Made by a program: the position numbers and the translations under genes. From positions 177,421 through 241,420 of the forward strand of contig JAHJQN010000008.1 of the NCBI GenBank assembly GCA_018819225.1: DNA of 64,000 nt, read 5' to 3'. The notes beneath the pieces were generated by a model. That model was not told the origin of the DNA. It made no database searches and was given only the letters and a program-made list of their open reading frames with translations. Within the stretch, counting starts at the first letter, position 1, and every line of letters starts with the position of its first letter. This stretch comes from Candidatus Micrarchaeota archaeon. GTDB taxonomy: Archaea; Micrarchaeota; Micrarchaeia; Norongarragalinales; SBBD01. This document shows positions 1-10,178 of this stretch, piece by piece.

Positions 1-398
1 TTGACGGGCTTGCCGGAAAAAGAACGCATTTCCTTGCGAACCGCTGAACGAAGCGTCGTGCGCACCACGACTTCAAAGTGATCGAGTCGCCGGGAAAACG
101 CATTCAATGACGCTCCCACGACCTCGGACTCCATAAAGTGAGTCGTGGCCAATTTCAAATGCGCAAACTCCTTCCGAAGAGCGCGCAACTGATCATGCAA
201 CGCACCCGTGTTCGTGGCGTGCGCGTCATCCAAATTCGAAATCTGTTTTTCCAGCGTCGAAGACGAAGTGGCTAAGCGATCCAAGGCCTCCGCTAATTCG
301 CGTTGATGAGCCGGTGACGCGCCATGAACGTTTTGGCGCATATGCGCCAGTTCATCTTCCATGGCCCGAAGCGCCCGACGAACCGTCTTTTCTTCCAT
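1..398 (-). CDS. hypothetical protein, 3' end outside the window
   Basis: ATG at 398-396 opens a frame (MEEKTVRRALRAMEDELAHMRQ...) that appears to run to the window edge; divergent from the MtaB-like gene. Confidence 0.5.
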   Translation of the reverse strand, partial: MEEKTVRRALRAMEDELAHMRQNVHGASPAHQRELAEALDRLATSSSTLEKQISNLDDAHATNTGALHDQLRALRKEFAHLKLATTHFMESEVVGASLNAFSRRLDHFEVVVRTTLRSAVRKEMRSFSGKPV

Positions 399-512
399 GA
401 ATTAAACCTGAAAGCGGGGGAATGACCAAGTAACGCCCCGAACCATTTAAAGGTTTGGTTCCAACCGCCGGAAAATTCAGGTATTTATTCATTCCCTTTA
501 CCAATAACTCCC

Positions 513-1781
513 ATGAACGTCTTCTTCAAAACGTACGGCTGCACATTGAACCAAGCCGACGCGGAGCTGGCCCAACAACTCGTGCAATCCCATGGACATT
601 GCATCGTCGAAAACGAAAAGAATGCCGATCTCGTTATCGCGACCACGTGCGGCGTCAAGGAAACCACGGAAAATAAGATCCTGCATTATTTACAAACACT
701 GGAAACCCGTAAAAAACCGTACATTGTAGCGGGCTGCCTTCCCGCCATGAACATAAAAAAAGTGAAACGCTTCGCGCCTTCCGCCAACGGATTCATCGGA
801 CCCAACCACCTGAAAAAAATTCCGGAAATAATGGAATCATTAAATGGAAAAGCGGTGGAAGCACTGAATGCGCCATTCTCCGAAAAATTTGAAATCAGTC
901 CACGCGGCCTTACCCCCATTACTCGCATCCAAATTTCATCCGGATGCTTGAGCGCCTGCAGTTTTTGCGGTACGAAACTCGCACGCGGCATGTTTCAAAG
1001 CAAGCCGGAAGAACGCATTATTCAAGAGGCCGAACGCGCCGTGTCCGCAGGCGCCAAGGAATTGCAGTTGTGCTCGCAAGACACCGGATGCTACGGATTC
1101 GATCAACAAACGAATCTGGCGCGAGTCGTCAAACAATTAAACGCATTGGAGGGAAGGTTCCGCATACGCATCGGGATGGGTTCGCCTCACCACATGATGC
1201 GCTTTGAGGATGAACTCGTGGAAGCGCTCCGAATGCCTCACACCTACCAATTCTTACATATTCCGTTACAGTCCGGAAATAATGAAATACTTCAAGCCAT
1301 GCGACGGAATTACGCGGTGGAAGACGTGCAAGGGTTTATATCTCGTTCAAGGAAAGCCATTCCGGGGATAACGCTTGCTACGGATATGATTGTCGGGTTT
1401 CCGGGGGAAAGCGAAGTTCAGCACCGCGATTCAATGACGCTTTTGAAAGAACTGCGTTTTGATGTGGTGAATGTGAGCAAGTACTCCGTACGAGAAGGAA
1501 CCAAGGCAGCTGAAATGGAGCAAGTGCCATCCCAAATAAAAAAACGGCGAGCGAAAGGAATGGCCGTCCAGGAACGGAATACGGCTTGGGAAAAAAATCA
1601 GGCGTTTATCGGAAGAACGTATCCCGTGCTGCTCACGGAGAACGGCACCCGGGGATTTCTGGCGGGAAGAAATGATTTCTATAAAACGGTGCTCGTTCCG
1701 AAGGAAGGAAAAGAAATAGGGCAATTCGTGGAAGCGGAAATCGAATCCGCCACTCCCTCGTACTTGAAAGCCAGAAAATGA
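513..1781 (+). CDS. tRNA methylthiotransferase, MiaB/MtaB-like (archaeal e-MtaB type), radical SAM plus TRAM domain
   Basis: N-terminal TYGCTLN/TCGVK/AGCLP UPF0004 motifs, CxxxCxxC (GCLSACSFC), HIPLQSG, IVGFPGE, C-terminal TRAM domain. Confidence 0.92.
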   Translation: MNVFFKTYGCTLNQADAELAQQLVQSHGHCIVENEKNADLVIATTCGVKETTENKILHYLQTLETRKKPYIVAGCLPAMNIKKVKRFAPSANGFIGPNHLKKIPEIMESLNGKAVEALNAPFSEKFEISPRGLTPITRIQISSGCLSACSFCGTKLARGMFQSKPEERIIQEAERAVSAGAKELQLCSQDTGCYGFDQQTNLARVVKQLNALEGRFRIRIGMGSPHHMMRFEDELVEALRMPHTYQFLHIPLQSGNNEILQAMRRNYAVEDVQGFISRSRKAIPGITLATDMIVGFPGESEVQHRDSMTLLKELRFDVVNVSKYSVREGTKAAEMEQVPSQIKKRRAKGMAVQERNTAWEKNQAFIGRTYPVLLTENGTRGFLAGRNDFYKTVLVPKEGKEIGQFVEAEIESATPSYLKARK

Positions 1782-1885
1782 AAAAAGAGGCGTAAAAAGG
1801 CGCTTATAAAGCAAATAACGATTTTAAACCCCCTTAGCGTACATCCGTCCTATCAATTAATGAATTCAACCGAAAAGGTGATTAG

Positions 1886-2470
1886 ATGCAGTTTGTAGAC
1901 CAGTGGGTTGCCGTATTAACCAAACCCAAGGAAACCTATGCGTCCGAAAAAGGAAAATCGAGCCTCGCGGAAGGAGCCAAACATCTGGCCGTTGCGTACG
2001 GCATCATGGGACTCATCTATGGACTGGGCATCGCCTTGTTCTCGGCATCCCTGACCGTGATTCCCGGAGCAGGAGCCATCGCCGGACTGGGAATGGCCAT
2101 GATCGTCGTGGCGCCCATTATGATGGCTGTCTTCGGCATCGTCGCAAGCCTGATCGGTAACGGAATCATCTGGATCATCGCGAAAGTATTGGGAGGAAAC
2201 GGGCCGTTCGAACAACAGTTTTACTTGAGTTCATTGTACTTGGCACCCATCGCCTTGCTAGGACTCATTCCGCTCGTGGGCATGTTGGCTGGGCTCTATG
2301 GATTGTACCTCTTGACGCTCATGCTCAAGGAAGTGCATGCATTCGACACCCTGAAAGCCGTGGCCGTATGGATCATCCCCGGAATCATTGGATTCATCAT
2401 CATGGGAGCAGCGGTCATGACGCTGATTGCCGCGGGTGCAGCGGGCGCAGGCAACGTTCCAGTCCGATAA
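1886..2470 (+). CDS. Yip1-family membrane protein
   Basis: W..VL.KP start, about 5 TM helices, KVLGGNGPF and LKEVH motifs typical of prokaryotic Yip1 proteins. Confidence 0.75.
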   Translation: MQFVDQWVAVLTKPKETYASEKGKSSLAEGAKHLAVAYGIMGLIYGLGIALFSASLTVIPGAGAIAGLGMAMIVVAPIMMAVFGIVASLIGNGIIWIIAKVLGGNGPFEQQFYLSSLYLAPIALLGLIPLVGMLAGLYGLYLLTLMLKEVHAFDTLKAVAVWIIPGIIGFIIMGAAVMTLIAAGAAGAGNVPVR

Positions 2471-2480
2471 AATGGCCGGA

Positions 2481-2512
2481 ATTTTTTCTTTTTTCCTTTT
2501 CTTTTTTTTATT
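2481..2512 (+). terminator. oligo-T archaeal terminator of the Yip1 gene
   Basis: ATTTTTTCTTTTTTCCTTTTCTTTTTTTTA directly after the stop codon. Confidence 0.6.
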
Positions 2513-2561
2513 CTCAAGCTCCATCTGGCGCTGAGCGCGAGAAATCAGTTAATGAAATCCA

Positions 2562-4583
2562 TTAGCAGCCGTGCTTGCCTTCGCTGAACAGCTTGATCAT
2601 CTCGGGAAGCAGCTTATGCTCCTCTATCAATACGCGCTCCGCGAGCTTCTCAGCCGTATCACGAGGTTTCACGGGCACGCGACGCTGTCCCAAAACGATC
2701 CCCCCATCCACATCGGAGGTCACCAAGTGAACGCTGCAGCCGCTTTCCTGATCCCCGGAGGCGAGGACCTGCTCATGGCAGTGAATGCCCATGCAACCCT
2801 TAAACTTGGGCAATAACGTCGGATGAATATTGATGATTCGTCCAGTAAATGGCTTGAGAAGCGTCTCGCCTACAATGCGCATGTAACCGGCGAGTACCAC
2901 GAGACGCACGTCCCGCTTCTGCAATTCCTTCAGAATCGCTTTCTCGTGCCCGATTCGATCGGAATACGCTTTCGAATCAATGCACACCGCGTCAATACCG
3001 TGTTGTTCCGCCCGTTTCAATGCGTGCGCATCCGGACGGTTCGAGATGACGACGCTGATGTTCACGTGCAACGATTTGTTATCCACCGCATCAATAATGG
3101 ATTGCAGGTTACTGCCGCGACCCGAAACCAGTACCGCTATATTGAACGAGCGCTCCAACTTCTTGCGACCACGGGCATACGCGTTAATCTTTTCCGTGGG
3201 GTAGACATCCGTCAAACAACTTAAACAAATGTCCTCGCGAGGCAACCCGATGGAATTCACTAAACCGTCCAGCGACATGTACTGCACGCTATCCGCACCC
3301 AATTCCGCGCGTATTTGCTCCGTATTCCGAGCCGAAGCAATCAATTCCTTGTACGTCGGAAAGTCAATACCCATGTAACACGGTGCAATAATGGGAGGGC
3401 AGGAAATCAGGAGGTGTATTTCCTTCGCGCCCACCGAGCGCAGCATTTTAACGAGTTTACGCGTCGTGTGGCCTCGCACGATACTGTCATCCACGATGGC
3501 GACGCGCTTCCCTTCAATCAAGGGTTTCACGGGAGACAGCTTCAATCGAATGGAGGACTTGCGTTTGGAATCCGCGGGCATGATAAACGTCCGATGAATA
3601 TAGCGGTTCTTGATCAAACCTTCAGCAAACGGAACGCCGCTCTCCCGGGAAAACCCCAAGGCAGCGGAACGCCCGGAATCCGGAACCGGAATCACGACAT
3701 CCACTTCATTATGAAACGGTCGGGCCAACTCGATACCCAAGTTTTCGCGCACTTGATAGACATGACGGCCATTAATAATGGAATCCGGACGCGCGAAATA
3801 AACGTATTCGAACATGCAGTGCGCGCGCGGCCGAGCTTTCATGACTTTAGATTCCACGGACGTGCCTTGAATGACCACGATTTCGCCGGGAAGGATCTCG
3901 CGATCGTATTGCGCGTCCAACGCATCCAGAGCGACGGTTTCCGATGCCACGTAAACGAGTTCGTTAACCAACGTGCGCTTGCGGCCTAAACACAAGGGCT
4001 TGTAACCCTGCGGATCGCGCGCCGCAATCAAGACGCCGTTGGACAACAATAAAATCAGGGAGTATGCGCCCTCCAATTGCGTCATCACGGATTGCATGGC
4101 CGTAATATAATCGGCCGACGACGGGACACGCGTATGAAGTCGTTTGAGATGATCCGCAAACAGTTGCAAAATGAGTTCGGTGTCCGCCGTGCACGAAAAC
4201 TTGAGGGAGCCCCCCAAGCGTTGTTTCAGTTCTTCATAATTGACGATGTTGCCATTAAAGGAAATGGCGATCTGCAAGCCATTCGCATGGCGCATCAACG
4301 GCTGCGCGTTATCTACGGTAGAGGTGCCGGTCGTAGAATACCGGACGTGACCCGCCCCCACTGAACCGGTGAGCCAATCCAAGTCCTCGTAATCGAATAC
4401 CTCGGACACCAGACCCATCGCTTTAATGGTACGCAACTTCTTGTTCCGAACCACCGTAATCCCCGCAGACTCTTGCCCGCGGTGTTGCAACGCCGTTAAG
4501 CCATGGAAAAGACTCAGCGGCACTTCAACGGAAGGCGTCTTTCCGGATACGCCGATGACGCCGCATTTTTCTTTCACGGCCAT
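2562..4583 (-). CDS. purF: fused amidophosphoribosyltransferase / phosphoribosylglycinamide formyltransferase (PurF-PurN)
   Basis: KEKCG propeptide-Cys, QHRGQESAG, GHVRYST, VDDSIVRG, Fe-S Cys (CLSC), followed in frame by IAVLVSGRGSNLQ, LAGYMRI, INIHPTLLP, GCSVH (PurN). Confidence 0.95.
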   Translation of the reverse strand: MAVKEKCGVIGVSGKTPSVEVPLSLFHGLTALQHRGQESAGITVVRNKKLRTIKAMGLVSEVFDYEDLDWLTGSVGAGHVRYSTTGTSTVDNAQPLMRHANGLQIAISFNGNIVNYEELKQRLGGSLKFSCTADTELILQLFADHLKRLHTRVPSSADYITAMQSVMTQLEGAYSLILLLSNGVLIAARDPQGYKPLCLGRKRTLVNELVYVASETVALDALDAQYDREILPGEIVVIQGTSVESKVMKARPRAHCMFEYVYFARPDSIINGRHVYQVRENLGIELARPFHNEVDVVIPVPDSGRSAALGFSRESGVPFAEGLIKNRYIHRTFIMPADSKRKSSIRLKLSPVKPLIEGKRVAIVDDSIVRGHTTRKLVKMLRSVGAKEIHLLISCPPIIAPCYMGIDFPTYKELIASARNTEQIRAELGADSVQYMSLDGLVNSIGLPREDICLSCLTDVYPTEKINAYARGRKKLERSFNIAVLVSGRGSNLQSIIDAVDNKSLHVNISVVISNRPDAHALKRAEQHGIDAVCIDSKAYSDRIGHEKAILKELQKRDVRLVVLAGYMRIVGETLLKPFTGRIINIHPTLLPKFKGCMGIHCHEQVLASGDQESGCSVHLVTSDVDGGIVLGQRRVPVKPRDTAEKLAERVLIEEHKLLPEMIKLFSEGKHGC

Positions 4584-4668
4584 TCTGAAGGCCTCGTATA
4601 CCCAATCGGTGCGTTCAATTGAATCATGCCCGCGTACCTATTAAAACGCATCAGACCGTCTTTCCACG

Positions 4669-6882
4669 CTATTTCATGCAACCGGGAATCCGGCGCTCGA
4701 ACTCATCCCGCATCGCAGTCACCGCGCAATCCACGACGCGCTTGCGTGAAGATTCCGAATCAAATAGGACAAAACGTTTTTCAAGAACCGGCTTTCCGAT
4801 AATCTCCGCCTTGACGTTCCGGCTCTTCGCCAAGTTCAAGAGCTTCTGAGGCTCGCGCGACGCGACTAAAAACCGGCCAGGGGTCTCCGCAAACATGATT
4901 TCATCCGCCTGCAGTTTTCCCTTGGAAGGCAACCGATCCAGTTGCACCTCCGCGCCCATATTGCTGCGAATGCACATTTCCGCCAACGCCAAACCAAAAC
5001 CGCCAGACGACACGTCGTGACAGGAGGAAATCAAGCGCAGCTTGTTCGCTTCCAAAATAATTGAAAGGGTTCGTTTTTCCCGGTCGAGATCAACGGAAGG
5101 CGCCTTGCCGCCCTCCCATTTCAGGATCGAGTGCGCGTATTCACTTCCCCCGAGCTCGGGAGCCGTTTCTCCAATAATGACGATCGAATCCTCCGTGTTC
5201 CGGAAACGCATCTCCGTAATGCGCGCCATGTCCTCCACCACGCCTACCAAAAGAATGACGGGAGCCGGCTTGATGGCTTCCTTGGTACGGTCGTCCTCAT
5301 TGTAAAAAGAAACATTGCCACCGACGCACGGAATCTGCAACATCTTGCAGGCATCCGCAATACCCCGAACGGATTCAGAAAACTGCCAGAAAACAGCGGG
5401 ATCGTTCGGATTACCGAAATTCAAATTGTCGACCATGCCAACGGGCACCGCGCCCACGGCCGCCAGATTGCGCGCGCACTCCAGCACGCTTTCCGCGCCC
5501 CCCGAATACGGGTCCAAATAAGATAAACGGTACACGCAATCCGTTTTCAATGCCAGACCCTTCTTTTCCGTCAAACGCAGCACCGCCGCATCCGTGTCCC
5601 CTGCTTTTAACACGGTACGGGCCTGCACCTCATGATCGTATTGTTGATACACCCAACGCTTACTCGCCAAATTATCCGAACGCAGCATATTCATGAACAC
5701 GTGATTCAAGTTTTCGGGAACCGGCGGGCGTTTTTGTTTGGCAAGCGTTTTCACGTACTCCGGAACTTTTACTGGCATCGAAATCGTGGGAACATCCGTT
5801 AACAAATCCACCGGAATCTCGGCCACGACGCGGCCCTCGAACTCAATCACAAACTGAGGTTCATCCGTAAACGAGCCAATCACCGCATGAGTCAGGCCGT
5901 ACTTATCAAAAACGTTCGTGAGATGCTTCAAATCCTTCGGAGCACACGAATAGAGCATGCGTTCCTGCGATTCGGACAACATGATTTCCATGGCCGTCAT
6001 ATCCTTCTCGCGAAGCGGTACCGCCGACGCATTGATCTTCGCTCCCTTGCCGCCCTTGAACGCCATTTCCGACGCGCAACACGTCAGCCCTCCGCCTCCA
6101 AAATCCTTCAACGCCTTCACTTTACCGGAGGGAAGCAATTCAAGCGTCGCATCCACGATCAACTTCTTCGTGAACGGGTCCGGAATCTGAACGGCCGGAC
6201 GCTCGCCCTCACTCTTCTCACTCAAATTCTTGGAAGCGAACGTCACGCCGTGAATGCCGTCGCGGCCCGTGAGACTTCCTACTAACACGAGCAAGTCTCC
6301 CGCATCCCTTGCTTTTCCGAGAATCAATTGATCCTTGGCCACGAGACCCACGCAAGCCGCGTTCACGATGCAATTCGTTTCAAAACCGCGATCGAAATTC
6401 GTATCGCCCGCCACCGTAGGAATCCCCACGCAATTCCCGTAATCCGCAATGCCTTTCACCACGTAATTCATGAGCCACTGCGAATGCTCGCTATCCAAGC
6501 GACCGAAACACAACGAATCTAAAACGGCGATCGGCGTCGCACCCACCGCAAGAACATCCCGAATAATGCCTCCCACGCCGGTGGCCGCACCGCTATACGG
6601 TTCAATGGCGGACGGATGATTATGCGACTCGATCTTGAACGCAATGCATTGATTGTCTCCCACATCCACCACGCCGGCATCAAAACCGGGTCCCAATACC
6701 ACGCGCTTTCCCTCGGTAGGCAATTGCTTCAACACGGGTCGAGACGTTTTATAACTGCAGTGTTCGCTCCACATGATGTCAATCATGCCGGCTTCCACGG
6801 GAGAGGGATCGCGGGACAAGCGCTTCTTGACGAGCGCCAGTTCTTTTTTCGTCAAATCGACTTCGATGCCCGAAACCATCAT
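4669..6882 (-). CDS. purL: phosphoribosylformylglycinamidine synthase subunit PurL
   Basis: WSEHCSYK, KIESHNHPS, GAATGVGGIIRD, SESQERM, GGNVSFYN. Confidence 0.97.
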   Translation of the reverse strand: MMVSGIEVDLTKKELALVKKRLSRDPSPVEAGMIDIMWSEHCSYKTSRPVLKQLPTEGKRVVLGPGFDAGVVDVGDNQCIAFKIESHNHPSAIEPYSGAATGVGGIIRDVLAVGATPIAVLDSLCFGRLDSEHSQWLMNYVVKGIADYGNCVGIPTVAGDTNFDRGFETNCIVNAACVGLVAKDQLILGKARDAGDLLVLVGSLTGRDGIHGVTFASKNLSEKSEGERPAVQIPDPFTKKLIVDATLELLPSGKVKALKDFGGGGLTCCASEMAFKGGKGAKINASAVPLREKDMTAMEIMLSESQERMLYSCAPKDLKHLTNVFDKYGLTHAVIGSFTDEPQFVIEFEGRVVAEIPVDLLTDVPTISMPVKVPEYVKTLAKQKRPPVPENLNHVFMNMLRSDNLASKRWVYQQYDHEVQARTVLKAGDTDAAVLRLTEKKGLALKTDCVYRLSYLDPYSGGAESVLECARNLAAVGAVPVGMVDNLNFGNPNDPAVFWQFSESVRGIADACKMLQIPCVGGNVSFYNEDDRTKEAIKPAPVILLVGVVEDMARITEMRFRNTEDSIVIIGETAPELGGSEYAHSILKWEGGKAPSVDLDREKRTLSIILEANKLRLISSCHDVSSGGFGLALAEMCIRSNMGAEVQLDRLPSKGKLQADEIMFAETPGRFLVASREPQKLLNLAKSRNVKAEIIGKPVLEKRFVLFDSESSRKRVVDCAVTAMRDEFERRIPGCMK

Positions 6883-7580
6883 CGCACGAGCACCTCTTTC
6901 ATGCTTTCAAATACTAGCCGCGCCTTCTCGTTATTGAATGGATTCAAGATACGCTCGGACGCCCGCTCCGGATGCGGCATCAAGCCCACCACGTTGCCTT
7001 CCGGACTACAAACCCCTGCAATGTTATCAAACGAGCCGTTCGGATTCGACTCCGGCGTTTCATTGCCCTTGAAATCCGAATACTTGAATACGATCTGTTC
7101 GTTATCCTCCAACTCCTTCAACTGCTCCGGCGGAATAAAGTAATTGCCTTCCCCATGCGCAATCGGCACTTGAAACACGTCGCCGCGAACGAACTTGCGC
7201 GTAAACGATGTGCGAATCGTCGTCACCTTCAATTGCACCCACTTGCACACGAATTTCAGCGACTGGTTTCTCAGAAGCGCGCCAGGAAGCAACCCCGCCT
7301 CCGTCAGCGTCTGAAAACCGTTGCAGATGCCCAGAACCGGACGGCCATCCTTCGCCATGCGCTTCACTTCCTTCAACGCAGGAGAAAACGCGGAAATAAC
7401 GCCTCCCCGAAGATGATCCCCGTACGAAAAACCGCCCGGAAGAACCGCGGCATCAAAACGAGATTCCTTGAAATCACGGTGCCAAACCAGCTCGGCGTTC
7501 ATGTGAATGACGTCCCGCAGAACGTGCAACGCATCCAAATCACAGTTGGCTGCCGGAAAACGAAGGACCGCTATCTTCAT
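6879..7580 (-). CDS. purQ: FGAM synthase glutaminase subunit PurQ
   Basis: PGGFSYGD, GICNGFQ, AHGEG, NPNGS, MPHPER; ATG 7580 preferred (alternative TTG 7616). Confidence 0.96.
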   Translation of the reverse strand: MKIAVLRFPAANCDLDALHVLRDVIHMNAELVWHRDFKESRFDAAVLPGGFSYGDHLRGGVISAFSPALKEVKRMAKDGRPVLGICNGFQTLTEAGLLPGALLRNQSLKFVCKWVQLKVTTIRTSFTRKFVRGDVFQVPIAHGEGNYFIPPEQLKELEDNEQIVFKYSDFKGNETPESNPNGSFDNIAGVCSPEGNVVGLMPHPERASERILNPFNNEKARLVFESMKEVLVR

Positions 7581-7608
7581 GTTAAAACCATTAAAATCGG
7601 AGGAGACA

Positions 7609-7869
7609 TCACGCAATCGAAACAGAATAATCTTGGGAAACCGGATTCGCGAGACGCAACTCGCGACACATCTTGTCCACCATGGATTTGGCTTTGTCCT
7701 TGTTAGCGGCCTTCAGATGAATCCGCAATAGCTTGGCGGTACGCACCCGATCCACGTGCTCAAACCCGTTCCGCTTCATCAAATCATTGGCGATGGTTGC
7801 CCCCTCGGGATCGCTAAGCGATGGCTTGTATTCGATGGTAACCTCGGCCACAAACTCTTTTTCCGTCAT
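7609..7869 (-). CDS. purS: FGAM synthase subunit PurS
   Basis: KPSLSDPEG, VRTAK, LANPV motifs; upstream of purQ/purL. Confidence 0.93.
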   Translation of the reverse strand: MTEKEFVAEVTIEYKPSLSDPEGATIANDLMKRNGFEHVDRVRTAKLLRIHLKAANKDKAKSMVDKMCRELRLANPVSQDYSVSIA

Positions 7870-7990
7870 GAGACAAACCCCCCTCGAAATCGATGAGACC
7901 AACAGTTTACACTGGTTTTCTTAATAATGTTTGCGGCCGTACGAAAAGCATATATATCCGGAATGCATTACGCATCGGCTGATTCTTCCG

Positions 7991-8872
7991 TCAGGCTTCA
8001 AACAATAGCGATAAGTCGATGGGCTTCGCGCGCAAGGTCAATGCACTGGAGGAAACGAAATCCGCTCCGGCTTTCAAGTACGACGACGCGTTTTTTTCCG
8101 TAATGCCTCCGCTCGCCTCCAAAATCAACGAGGGATATTTCCGGCGCAGAACGCGAGCGATCCTCCGCACGTGGTAAGGAGAGAGATTGTCTAACAAGAG
8201 CGCATCCGGCCGTTCCTCCGCAGCCGCCAATGCCTCGCGCATCGAACGAACCTCCACTTCAACTACAGGAGAGCGCTTGCCGCGATGCCCTCGAACTTTT
8301 TGAACCGCTATACGCAGCGCATTCAAGTAAGAAACGCGTTGTTCCCTCGCAAGCGCCGCCACATGATTCTCCTTGATCAGATACCCGTCAGCGAGGGACA
8401 AGCGATGCGTCAGGCCTCCGCCTACTTTCACCGCACGCTTCTCGGAATCGGAAAGCAAGGGATGCGTTTTGCGCAAGCTCGCGATCCGCGGTCCAAAACG
8501 ATCCGCCAACGCTCGAGTCGCAGTCGCAATCCCGCTCAACACCATCAAATAATTCAATGCGGTACGCTCCCCGGCCAGAATGCGGCGAACGTCGCCGCGC
8601 ACTTCCAATAACACGCGGCCTTTGCGAAAGCGTTGGCCTTCCCGAACCCGGGCTCGCACCTTCAAACCACGAAATACGGACTGCGCTTCCGGTAACCCGC
8701 AAAAGACTCCGCTTTCCTTCGCGATCACGCGGCCGGTAACCGATGACTTCAGATTCATGGCGACCGTGGTCACGTCCGCTGAAGCATCTTCACGCAATGC
8801 GAGCAACGCCTTCCTTTGAGCCCTTGCAGTAAACGTTTCCGGACGTTTGGAAAACCCATTAAGAGAACGCAT
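7991..8872 (-). CDS. nadC: quinolinate phosphoribosyltransferase (nicotinate-nucleotide diphosphorylase)
   Basis: ERTALN, SGIAT, RKT, HRLSL.D..LIKENH, EVEV, LLDN, EASGGIT. Confidence 0.9.
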   Translation of the reverse strand: MRSLNGFSKRPETFTARAQRKALLALREDASADVTTVAMNLKSSVTGRVIAKESGVFCGLPEAQSVFRGLKVRARVREGQRFRKGRVLLEVRGDVRRILAGERTALNYLMVLSGIATATRALADRFGPRIASLRKTHPLLSDSEKRAVKVGGGLTHRLSLADGYLIKENHVAALAREQRVSYLNALRIAVQKVRGHRGKRSPVVEVEVRSMREALAAAEERPDALLLDNLSPYHVRRIARVLRRKYPSLILEASGGITEKNASSYLKAGADFVSSSALTLRAKPIDLSLLFEA

Positions 8873-8928
8873 GAAAGGGGTTGAGGAGACCTTCCTCTTA
8901 AAAGCCTTTTCCGGTAAAAGAAAAGGGT

Positions 8929-9228
8929 ATGGACGAAAACGAACAGGAAGAATACGGAAAGCGGGCGGAAGAAGCGCAGCACCGGGCCCAACAGGACGCG
9001 GCGCTGAAGAACCTGCTTAGGAAAATGCTGGAGCCGGAAGCCTACGAGCGCATTCAGAACATCAAGCTATCCAACCCCGAGCTGTACGCGCAACTCATCA
9101 AAATGATCGCGTACTTGCAGCAAAGCGGGCAGTTGAAAAGCAAAGTATCGGAAGTCCAGTTGAAACAAATCGTGTCCCGGATTCTGAGCCAGAGAAAGGA
9201 AACGAGCATCCGGTTCGCGAGAAAGTAA
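8929..9228 (+). CDS. PDCD5-like dsDNA-binding protein
   Basis: LRKMLEPEAYERIQNIKL..PE motif, C-terminal IRFARK. Confidence 0.88.
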   Translation: MDENEQEEYGKRAEEAQHRAQQDAALKNLLRKMLEPEAYERIQNIKLSNPELYAQLIKMIAYLQQSGQLKSKVSEVQLKQIVSRILSQRKETSIRFARK

Positions 9229-9275
9229 AACGGATCCTGCGGGCATCGATTCAGGCGAGTCATTAGGGGGCGCGA

Positions 9276-9322
9276 GAAAAACAAGAAAAAAAGAATGGAA
9301 AAAGAAAAAAGAAAGAAAAAAG
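9276..9322 (-). terminator. T-rich terminator of the pilin gene
   Basis: long A-rich run on + (T-rich on -) just after the pilin stop codon. Confidence 0.5.
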
Positions 9323-9330
9323 CCGGAAAC

Positions 9331-9795
9331 TTATTCCAGCTTTCCGCGGATGAATCCGCCCGTGTCCGTGTGCGTCAATAGACTCTGCGAGTCATTGTAC
9401 GTGATCGACACCGTGTAGTCGTACGCGTCTCCCGGATTTCCATTAATGCCGTCACAGTTTATGGTAAGCAAACCGTTGGCTGGCACAATTGCAGGATTCG
9501 GGCTCGGAACGCAGTTGTTGAGAGCGTTTGGAGCAGTACCGATCGTGGCAGTACTAACCGTAATGACGCGGCCTACTGCGTTACCGAGAACGAGCGTAGC
9601 CGTACTCGTAGCGTTCGCTGGAACCGTGAAGTCCGAACATGTGAACGCGGTAAAACCTCCACATTCTTTGCCTCCACGGAATTTGGCGGGGTTGAAGACT
9701 CCGGTATACCACAAAACGGCCGCAATAATGACGATTGCCAGAATGGCCCAGCCGTAGGTCACCAGATACTCCAACGCGGATTGACCTCTTTTCAT
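9331..9795 (-). CDS. archaeal type IV pilin-like protein with class III signal peptide
   Basis: MKRG/QSALEYLVTYGWAILAI cleavage motif and hydrophobic helix; paired Cys; AGGTGA SD. Confidence 0.85.
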   Translation of the reverse strand: MKRGQSALEYLVTYGWAILAIVIIAAVLWYTGVFNPAKFRGGKECGGFTAFTCSDFTVPANATSTATLVLGNAVGRVITVSTATIGTAPNALNNCVPSPNPAIVPANGLLTINCDGINGNPGDAYDYTVSITYNDSQSLLTHTDTGGFIRGKLE

Positions 9796-9910
9796 TAAAT
9801 CACCTGCTTAGGCGGGTATTAATAGTACCCAACAAACCTGAAACCAATAATATTAGCCTCTTTAAAAGGATTTCCATTCGTACGAGCCAAACCCGACGGA
9901 AAAAAACGCG

Positions 9911-10111
9911 TTAAGACTTCATGAAAATTTCAAAAACAGCGGGCAAGTGCAAGGCGATACCGGCGATCAGTAACGGAATAGCGAAATCAAAAACGAGTCC
10001 GGAAAAATAGGCGCCCAATGCGAGTCCGGCCAGGAAATCGCCTATGGCCACAAAAATGTGGCCCCAGACGCTGATGCGCTTCAAACGCTCGCGGAATTTC
10101 TTTTTTTTCAT
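9911..10111 (-). CDS. small hypothetical membrane protein
   Basis: basic N-terminus then two hydrophobic helices; divergent from purM. Confidence 0.55.
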   Translation of the reverse strand: MKKKKFRERLKRISVWGHIFVAIGDFLAGLALGAYFSGLVFDFAIPLLIAGIALHLPAVFEIFMKS

Positions 10112-10178
10112 GCACGCTACCCAAAGCCATATTAAACAGGCGTTATTAACCTTTTCCATTCGAGGGGAAAAACGGGTT

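Noticed and set aside
2571-7731. Many + strand ORFs antisense to the pur genes (and similar shadows elsewhere, e.g. 6972-7706, 56795-57535)
   Set aside because: They are shadow frames of well-supported genes and carry no recognisable motifs.
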